A stretch of DNA of 4,989 nt from positions 1 to 4,989 of the IMG/VR virus record IMGVR_UViG_2698536458_000008; one strand, 5' to 3'. Source of the stretch: a virus (lineage: Duplodnaviria; Heunggongvirae; Uroviricota; Caudoviricetes). Positions within the stretch are counted from its first letter, which is position 1; each line of letters begins with the position of its first letter. Made by a program: the position numbers and the translations under genes. Below are positions 1 through 4,845 of the stretch, piece by piece. The notes under the pieces were generated by a model. The model saw only the letters and a program-made list of their open reading frames with translations, did no database searches and was not told the origin of the DNA.

Positions 1-103
1 ATCAATAACTTAAACTGGTGGTGATGGTGACATAAAAATCAAAAAATACGCCTTTTTCCGCGAACCGCCCGCCCCGTGGACAGGCCACCCCCACCAGGAG
101 TAC

Positions 104-131
104 CTACAAAAAAGCCGGATTGCTCCGGCTT
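104..131 (-). terminator. Rho-independent terminator ending the minus-strand operon after the SSB-like gene
   Basis: On the minus strand: 8-bp stem AAGCCGGA / UCCGGCUU with loop GCAA, followed by a U-run (UUUUGU); it lies about 15 bp past the SSB-like stop codon (146-148). Confidence 0.6.
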
Positions 132-145
132 CTGTCACTCGTTGC

Positions 146-568
146 TTAAAACGGTATGTTATCCCCGTACGGATCATCATTCCCCGCCTGTTGTTTGGCC
201 CTGTTCAGTGCATCAGTGGCCTGCCCCTGTTGGCCTTTTTTACCGCCCGGTCGCGCCGTTCTGGCACTGATTACACTGTCTGCGATAACCTGCCAGCCCT
301 GCCGCGTTTCTCCGTTCTGGCCTGTCCACTGGCTTACCTGCATGTTACCCGCCACGCTCACCAGCTCGCCTTTCTGGTGCTTTGCCAGTGCGTCAGCCTG
401 TCTGCCAAACGCCAGGACGGATAACCATATCGTCGCCGTTCCGTCATCTGCCTGGCTGCACGGCAGGGGAACCGCCATACTCGCCATCGTCATTTGCGTA
501 CCCTTGCTGGTGGTCTTTAACTGCGGGTCAGCCACCAGCCGCCCGTAAGCCGCTATCTGTGCTGTCAT
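146..568 (-). CDS. ssb: Single-stranded DNA-binding protein (SSB family), 140 aa, accessory copy carried by the element
   Basis: OB-fold core collinear with E. coli SSB (IWLSVLAFGRQADALAKHQKGELVSVAGNMQVSQWTGQNGETRQGWQVIADSVI versus the [40 protein letters not shown] region), Gly/Gln-rich linker and a C-terminal tip ...DDPYGDNIPF resembling the canonical DDDIPF tail. GGAGAG Shine-Dalgarno 8 nt upstream; the ATG overlaps the upstream stop as ATGA (565-568). Confidence 0.85.
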   Translation of the reverse strand: MTAQIAAYGRLVADPQLKTTSKGTQMTMASMAVPLPCSQADDGTATIWLSVLAFGRQADALAKHQKGELVSVAGNMQVSQWTGQNGETRQGWQVIADSVISARTARPGGKKGQQGQATDALNRAKQQAGNDDPYGDNIPF

Positions 569-810
569 GCTGTCTGCTCTCCGGTTTTAACGTTGATGGT
601 TGTCACCTGTTCCGCTTCGGCAATCTCCCGTTCTGTCAGCGTGGCAAAGTTTGCCGCCGTCGTGGTCATGAATGCGCTTATCAGTTCGGGATGTGCTTTC
701 GCGTATCCTTCCCCGGCGTTGCGGTCGATGATTTTTATCGCCACCCTCAGCCAGTGTTCTGTCAAATCAAGGGCGTGAGATTGTGGTTTTTTGGCGTGCT
801 TCGTTGTCAC
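565..810 (-). CDS. Hypothetical protein, 81 aa, translationally coupled to the SSB-like gene
   Basis: ORF in the six-frame track beginning MTTKHAKKPQ; GTG start at 810-808 preceded by GAGG with a 7-nt spacer; stop overlaps the SSB start (ATGA). No family recognised by eye. Confidence 0.55.
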   Translation of the reverse strand: MTTKHAKKPQSHALDLTEHWLRVAIKIIDRNAGEGYAKAHPELISAFMTTTAANFATLTEREIAEAEQVTTINVKTGEQTA

Positions 811-854
811 AGGCTTTACCTCACAGCAATAAAATAAAATTTTTGCATTTTAAC

Positions 855-1084
855 CCTTCACCTGTTCACCTTTTGCAATTTTCCCTTTTTATTCATGATG
901 TTAATGGGTTAACAGTTTCACAAAAACTATTCACCAACTGTTCACCACTGTTCACCCTTAAAGCTCAATAAAGAATCAAAAAGGTGAACAGTGAATAGTT
1001 TGGTGAACAGTTCATAAATAACTGTTCACCCTATAATATACTGATATAAAAGACATTTATTGCAGGGTGAACAGTGGTGAACAG
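855..1084. repeat. Iteron-type replication origin (P4 ori-like): TGTTCACC octamers in both orientations around an AT-rich core
   Basis: Direct TGTTCACC at 863-870, 939-946, 949-956, 1023-1030, with degenerate copies at 855-862 (CCTTCACC) and 928-935 (TATTCACC). Inverted GGTGAACA at 983-990, 1003-1010, 1066-1073, 1076-1083, with a degenerate copy at 991-998. Tandem copies are phased at 10 bp (939/949 and 1066/1076). A perfect 9-bp inverted pair GGTGAACAG(1003-1011) / CTGTTCACC(1022-1030) flanks an AT-rich spacer, followed by the AT-rich stretch 1031-1062. TGTTCACC is the type I iteron bound by the P4 alpha protein at ori and crr. The array sits immediately 3' of the primase-helicase gene. Confidence 0.75.
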
Positions 1085-1113
1085 TTATTCCATAAGTTTA
1101 ATTTTTTCCATCG

Positions 1114-2916
1114 TCATTTGTGACCTATTGCACATGATGGCATCCAGTCTTCTGAATCCTCTGTCAGGGTCACATTTGAACGCAAACCGTGCTTCGTTTT
1201 CCGTTTCATATACTCCCTGCCATATTCCGCCATTGCCCCCGGCATATCTTTACCGAAGCGCGTCAGTGTTACAGGTTTACCGAATCCGTGTGCCCTCATA
1301 TATGCCAGATAGGCGTGATAAAGATACCTGCGCGGACTGAACGGAATAATTTCGGCATTACCCACTAACAGACCATCACACATTACCGACGACATGAGAT
1401 AGCCGCAGAAGTCCACCAGCGAATCGCCCTCGCGTTTTATCACCAGAGCTTCTTCTGATTTCTGCTGCTCATACAGCAGGCGTTTAGCTTCGTCCTGGTC
1501 AGAAAAACGAGTAAGCAGGTGGCGAATCACAACCGCCAGCTCTCCTTCTATTTTTTCTGCCAGCATGGGGTCGCGTTCGTTCTCCGGTACAACTTCCGAA
1601 AAATTGAATATCACCCGACGACGTGAGATCCCCCCGCTGCGGTCACTGAATGACATGGCGTTATTGTTAACCGCCAGCACTACTGCCGGAATACGCGTTG
1701 AGTAGGGGGCTTTGTGTTTCGGGTCAATTGCCACCTTGTCACCGCCTGTAATGGCCTTAATCCCTGCCCCATCACCAGCGTAGCGGGTCATATCCGGCAT
1801 GATAATCAGCGAAAAGCCAACCACTAACGCGCGTTCCCTTGCATCTTCCAGCGCCTTCATGCTTGCCGATACTGTGTTGGCCTTACCCGCCAGCATGGTG
1901 CAAATCTCCGCCATCACGCTTTTACCACTTCCCCCTGGACCTGTTACCTCAATGAATAACTGCCAGTCGTACCGGTTCGCCAGCACCATGAATAATACAG
2001 CCAGTACGCGATCCGCCTTGCGGTCATTCTCAGCCACCGAACGGCGTAACCACTTCCAGAAATTCGGCGCATGTGTTGCCAGCGTTTCCCCCTCTGCTGG
2101 TGGGCTGAAAGGTAATTCACTGGCAATTAACAACCAGTCGTTTTTGTTATGCTCCCGAAAATTACCTGTTCTGGTATCAAATACCCCGTTACTGAATCCA
2201 ATCAGGTTACGGGCTGTATTCCCCATTACAGGCAAACTTAACTTCATGGTATCGACCGCCGATTTAATGGCGTTCTGCGAATAGCTGATCTCCGCATCAA
2301 TGAAAATCTGTGCCATAGCTCGCTGTAATTCTTTATCCTGTACTGGCTCCCATACAACGCCGTTGTAATGGTGAACAGTGTCAGAGTCAGCATGAATCGC
2401 CAGTTCACCGCCATAATGTGCCAGGAGAACTTCGCCGCGTTGACTTGCTCCCATCTGGTTAAGCGCCAGTGATGAAGCGTTATCGTCTTTTACCCGCTCT
2501 TTTTTCTTTACAGGCAGTTCAACTACCTTTTTCTTTTCCGCCTGCTCTGCCCGTTCACGTTCCAGATATTCGCGCCAGTTCTCCCGTTTCTGGCTGTGCA
2601 TTCCTTCAGGGTAATAATCAGCATCCCTGACACCTGCCGCTGCCAGTTTCTGCCCGATGGTATTAACAAGCCCCGGACGCAATAACCCCGCCTGGTAGAG
2701 ACGCACCCGATAGCGTCCGTCCGGTACGATTTGCAGCTTATCCAGTTCGGCAAGTTGTTGTTCTCCAAGCCAGACAGGAGGCACGCTGTCGCCAGCCAGT
2801 CGCCCGTCCTGTTCCTGCCACTGCTTCGCATGTGCCCACGCATCATTACCCGCAAAAATGATGACTTCCGTCATTTTGTCACGCGGCTGGTGTTTTAAAT
2901 TTGGCGCTTTTTTCAT
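1114..2916 (-). CDS. Replication initiator: P4-family primase / D5-like SF3 helicase, 600 aa
   Basis: Walker A FIEVTGPGGSGKSV, Walker B-like LIIMPDMTRYAGD, SF3 motif C-like VVLAVNNNA, and a D5_N-like region upstream (VLLAHYGGELAIHADSD...HYNGVVWEP). Preferred start is the ATG at 2916 (MKKAPNLKHQ...), with GGAGAGAG 5 nt upstream and an ATGA overlap with the upstream gene; the ORF track extends 5 codons further to a GTG at 2931. The cognate iteron array lies directly downstream. Confidence 0.9.
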   Translation of the reverse strand: MKKAPNLKHQPRDKMTEVIIFAGNDAWAHAKQWQEQDGRLAGDSVPPVWLGEQQLAELDKLQIVPDGRYRVRLYQAGLLRPGLVNTIGQKLAAAGVRDADYYPEGMHSQKRENWREYLERERAEQAEKKKVVELPVKKKERVKDDNASSLALNQMGASQRGEVLLAHYGGELAIHADSDTVHHYNGVVWEPVQDKELQRAMAQIFIDAEISYSQNAIKSAVDTMKLSLPVMGNTARNLIGFSNGVFDTRTGNFREHNKNDWLLIASELPFSPPAEGETLATHAPNFWKWLRRSVAENDRKADRVLAVLFMVLANRYDWQLFIEVTGPGGSGKSVMAEICTMLAGKANTVSASMKALEDARERALVVGFSLIIMPDMTRYAGDGAGIKAITGGDKVAIDPKHKAPYSTRIPAVVLAVNNNAMSFSDRSGGISRRRVIFNFSEVVPENERDPMLAEKIEGELAVVIRHLLTRFSDQDEAKRLLYEQQKSEEALVIKREGDSLVDFCGYLMSSVMCDGLLVGNAEIIPFSPRRYLYHAYLAYMRAHGFGKPVTLTRFGKDMPGAMAEYGREYMKRKTKHGLRSNVTLTEDSEDWMPSCAIGHK

Positions 2917-3267
2917 TTCTGCTCTCTCCACGCGGCAATCATGTTTTTCAGTTCCTGTAGTTTTTTATCAACATCCATACATGACACATGGTTATTTCTG
3001 GAAAGCGGGATTTCCCGCCTGAATCTGCTAATAAAGATCTCCACGTTCAGCGAACTATGAAATGAATAGCCATCACGAATAAAATACACACGGTCAAACA
3101 TCAGTTCTTTTACCGTTACTCTGTTACCGTTCNNNNNNNNNNNNNNNNNNNNNNNNNNNNNNNNNNNNNNNNNNNNNNNNACCGTTCTTATCCAGATAAA
3201 TAGCGCCGGGGATAATTTTGGGGTGTGCATAACCGCTGGCAGTCAAGCCAGATAAATACGTTCTCAT
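2913..3267 (-). CDS. Hypothetical small protein immediately upstream of the primase gene, interrupted by a 48-N run (3133-3180)
   Basis: C-terminal part after the gap (NGNRVTVKELMFDRVYFIRDGYSF...AAWREQK) is in the ORF-track frame and its stop overlaps the primase ATG (ATGA at 2913-2916). Before the gap, the frame from the ATG at 3267 reads MRTYLSGLTASGYAHPKIIPGAIYLDKNG; the 7-mer accgttc flanks the N-run on both sides (3126-3132 and 3181-3187), and removing the gap plus one copy joins the two frames into one continuous protein (...YLDKNGNRVTVKELMFD...). Alternative start in the ORF-track frame at 3230. Product unknown. Confidence 0.45.
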
Positions 3268-3273
3268 GATTAT

Positions 3274-3594
3274 TTATCTCAGATTTGAATCAGTATTCGC
3301 TTTCTCTATGGCATTTAATGCATCTGTGGCATTTTCAATGGTGCACCGTAACGAAATATCAAACTGCCCAAGCATTGCCAGTAACAAGCCAATATTACCC
3401 ATGTCAATGCGCATAGCCTTTTCGTCATATTCCTCATTTTCTGACGCATGCCACATCAGGCTACCAATTGACGCAACAGCCATTGATATATTGTCAGTAG
3501 CCCCATCCGCAGCGGAATAAACCTTTTTAGCAATATCATGCTCACAGTTAAAATGCGGATTAATCAGGTACTGGTAATTGGTCATGTCAGGCAT
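3274..3594 (-). CDS. Hypothetical acidic protein, 106 aa
   Basis: ORF with a perfect AGGAGG Shine-Dalgarno 6 nt upstream of the ATG at 3594 (MPDMTNYQYLINPHF...); the ORF-track start at 3636 is 14 codons further upstream and lacks an RBS. TAA stop at 3274-3276. Start overlaps the preceding gene's stop by 8 bp. No family recognised by eye. Confidence 0.6.
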   Translation of the reverse strand: MPDMTNYQYLINPHFNCEHDIAKKVYSAADGATDNISMAVASIGSLMWHASENEEYDEKAMRIDMGNIGLLLAMLGQFDISLRCTIENATDALNAIEKANTDSNLR

Positions 3595-3784
3595 GGCACA
3601 CCTCCTGACGAATACGGGCGGCGAATACAGCAACACAACCTGACGGGCAACGGTTACGCGCTTCGCGTTCCGTCCAGGCGGTTACGTGGATGATTTGAGA
3701 TTCTCCGGCACTCAGGGCCAGAAAACGCCACACAAAGGCCGTTTGTGTGTGTACAAGGTGTGGTATATGATTTACGGCAACCAT
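3587..3784 (-). CDS. Small protein, 65 aa, possibly Icd-like (host cell-division inhibitor family); first gene of the leftward early operon
   Basis: ATG at 3784 preceded by GAGGAG with a 5-nt spacer (the ORF track extends 33 codons further upstream into a hairpin region without an RBS). Sequence MVAVNHIPHLVHTQTAFVWRFLALSAGESQ...TEREARNRC...VFAARI resembles, from memory, the Icd-like proteins annotated next to alpA in P4-like islands; that assignment is unverified. Confidence 0.5.
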   Translation of the reverse strand: MVAVNHIPHLVHTQTAFVWRFLALSAGESQIIHVTAWTEREARNRCPSGCVAVFAARIRQEVCHA

Positions 3785-3813
3785 AACGGCTCCTCGTTTA
3801 CGTTGTTGGTTAG

Positions 3814-3850
3814 AAGCCCTGCGAGTGGTAACGACACTTGCGGGGCTTCG
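3814..3850. other. Long stem-loop (15-bp stem, 7-nt loop) in the regulatory region between the divergent early operon and the RHH gene
   Basis: GAAGCCCTGCGAGTG (3814-3828), loop GTAACGA, CACTTGCGGGGCTTC (3836-3850). As plus-strand RNA all 15 positions pair (13 Watson-Crick plus 2 G-U); as minus-strand RNA 13 of 15 pair. It lies in the 5' leader of the 3784->3587 gene. Confidence 0.4.
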
Positions 3851-3885
3851 TCGTTTCAATTGCTGAATTGCATGTATCAGCACTT

Positions 3886-3957
3886 GTGGTATTCACATTA
3901 CATTTAGGTGAATACCATTTCAAGTCTTTTTTGGTATTCACTTTTGTATTACACTGC
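3886..3957. promoter_or_regulatory. Operator-like repeats (GGTATTCAC) in the promoter region upstream of the RHH gene
   Basis: GGTATTCAC at 3888-3896, its inverted copy GTGAATACC at 3908-3916 (11-bp spacer) and a second direct copy at 3933-3941, plus a degenerate GTATTACAC at 3947-3955, all within about 100 bp of the RHH start codon in an AT-rich region. Confidence 0.45.
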
Positions 3958-3984
3958 ATCCCGTTATTAATGGGAGGTGCAAAC

Positions 3985-4290
3985 ATGTCCAGGAGTTCTG
4001 TTAACAATAAGTCACAGCAACTGAATGCCAGATTTCCACATGAAGTAGTGAGTGGCATTGAGGCATCCCTACAGCCAGGGGAAACTAAAGCGAATTTTAT
4101 AGTTACGGCTGTACGCGGTGAGATCGCCAGGCGCCAGGCAGAAGGAAGTGGAGAAAATCCCCTTGTGTCTTCACTGGATGCCCTAGCTAATGTCGAACAA
4201 ATCGGCATCAAGGCAGCGGAGGAAATCGGGCAGCTTATCACCGTTGCACGCGAAGAACTCCAGCGCCGCAAGGCCAAAGAATCAGAATAA
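3985..4290 (+). CDS. Ribbon-helix-helix (Arc/MetJ/CopG-like) DNA-binding protein, 101 aa; candidate repressor of the element
   Basis: GGGAGGTG Shine-Dalgarno 5 nt before the ATG at 3985. N-terminus KSQQLNARFPHEVVSGIEASLQPGETKANFIVTAVRGEIARRQ fits the RHH beta-strand/helix/helix pattern (compare Arc QFNLRWPREVLD). C-terminal ~50 aa is helical and charged. Opposite orientation to all flanking genes. The ORF-track version starting at 3838 is an unsupported N-terminal extension. Confidence 0.7.
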   Translation: MSRSSVNNKSQQLNARFPHEVVSGIEASLQPGETKANFIVTAVRGEIARRQAEGSGENPLVSSLDALANVEQIGIKAAEEIGQLITVAREELQRRKAKESE

Positions 4291-4347
4291 TCACTATCAG
4301 CGCCGTGGTGTGAGGAACTCCGGCGCATTGCTTTACAGGCGCACACA

Positions 4348-4524
4348 ATGACCAACGAAGAATCAACCAAAAAAACATCACCTGCACGAAAAAGACGACG
4401 CAGAAAGAAAGAGCATGAATCAGAACGATTCGCGCCGTGTTCTTTTGCCCTTGAGAAGTACCTTAAAGAATACTCATCAAAGGAGAGAGCTTCGCAGTTA
4501 TGGCAACGCACTGAAACAGACTGA
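4348..4524 (+). CDS. Putative small basic protein, 58 aa, downstream of the RHH gene (uncertain)
   Basis: My own translation of ATG 4348 to TGA 4522-4524: MTNEESTKKTSPARKRRRRKKEHESERFAPCSFALEKYLKEYSSKERASQLWQRTETD. Same strand as the RHH gene and upstream of the plus-strand terminator, but no convincing RBS; below the ORF-track length cutoff. Confidence 0.25.
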   Translation: MTNEESTKKTSPARKRRRRKKEHESERFAPCSFALEKYLKEYSSKERASQLWQRTETD

Positions 4525-4588
4525 TAGCATTGCCCACCAGCCTGATAGCGGCTATCATTGACATGCTTATGTTTAGTGTTTCCAAACT

Positions 4589-4618
4589 GGCGACCGCCCC
4601 AGGTCGCCTTTGTTTTAT
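4589..4618 (+). terminator. Rho-independent terminator for the plus-strand RHH transcript (possibly weakly bidirectional)
   Basis: GGCGACC (4589-4595), loop GCCCCA, GGTCGCC (4602-4608), followed by TTTGTTTTAT. On the minus strand the same hairpin is followed by a poorer U-tract and lies just downstream of the AlpA-like stop. Confidence 0.65.
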
Positions 4619-4635
4619 GTGTCATATGCTCCCCT

Positions 4636-4845
4636 TTACACTGCCTTACCTGAATTAATGCGATCCCGGCTTTTAACCCATTCCATAACCTCGGACAGCA
4701 GCCACCCTACAGAACGACCGCCCAGATTAAGACGTGACGGAAAGCGCCCTTTTTTCTCCAGTTCGTAACGTGTAGTGCGGCACACTCCAGTTAACTTACG
4801 ACATTCATCCTCACGGATTACGCGATCTTCATTTATTTCACGCAT
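4636..4845 (-). CDS. alpA: AlpA/Vis-family phage transcriptional regulator (excisionase-like HTH), 69 aa
   Basis: MREINEDRVIREDECRKLTGVCRTTRYELEKKGRFPSRLNLGGRSVGWLLSEVMEWVKSR contains the AlpA-type motif (compare E. coli AlpA ...LGVKSVGWIEAEIDEWL). ATG at 4845 gives the family-typical ~70 aa; the ORF-track start (GTG at 4932) adds 29 residues of doubtful coding quality. Confidence 0.8.
   Translation of the reverse strand: MREINEDRVIREDECRKLTGVCRTTRYELEKKGRFPSRLNLGGRSVGWLLSEVMEWVKSRDRINSGKAV

Noticed and set aside
1-103. GC-rich left end as a possible att site, tRNA fragment or additional gene
   Set aside because: No tRNA-like structure, no repeat matching anything else in the window and no ORF with a start signal; too little sequence to decide, so left unannotated.
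76-971. Plus-strand ORFs 76-270, 156-548, 191-424, 382-837, 593-778 and 783-971
   Set aside because: All are antisense to, or overlap, the well-supported minus-strand SSB and orf81 genes or run into the iteron array; they are Pro/Cys/Ser-rich and lack RBSs.
855-1084. CRISPR array as an explanation for the repeated octamers
   Set aside because: Repeat units are only 8-9 bp, occur in both orientations with irregular 10-40 bp spacing, and have no spacer-like unique segments of uniform length; the pattern is that of replication iterons.
1074-2855. ORFs inside the primase gene on either strand (1074-1340 +, 1799-2284 +, 1944-2126 -, 2523-2855 -)
   Set aside because: They are embedded in or antisense to the 600-aa helicase gene, which carries unambiguous Walker motifs; there is no independent support.
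3785-3883. N-terminal extension of the Icd-like ORF (98-aa version)
   Set aside because: The extension is Arg/Ser-rich and covers the 3814-3850 hairpin; the internal ATG at 3784 has a GAGGAG Shine-Dalgarno at ideal spacing.
3266-3907. Plus-strand ORFs 3266-3520 and 3686-3907, and the longer minus-strand start at 3636 for the 106-aa gene
   Set aside because: The plus-strand ORFs are antisense to RBS-supported minus-strand genes. The 3636 start lacks an RBS, whereas ATG 3594 has a perfect AGGAGG.
3838-3984. N-terminal extension of the RHH ORF in the six-frame track (start at 3838)
   Set aside because: The extension runs through the operator repeats and the AT-rich promoter region and has no RBS; the internal ATG at 3985 has a strong GGGAGGTG Shine-Dalgarno.
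4301-4327. Inverted repeat GCGCCG ... CGGCGC between the RHH stop and the small ORF as a terminator
   Set aside because: The 6-bp stem has a 15-nt loop and no downstream U-tract, so it is unlikely to be an intrinsic terminator.
3810-4625. 271-aa minus-strand ORF spanning the whole RHH region, with a GGGGAG-like motif 3 nt before its ATG
   Set aside because: Composition is Cys/Ser/Arg-rich and low-complexity, typical of the antisense frame of a real gene. It is antisense to the RHH gene, which has a better RBS, a recognisable fold pattern and a correctly oriented terminator. Its first codons overlie the terminator hairpin.
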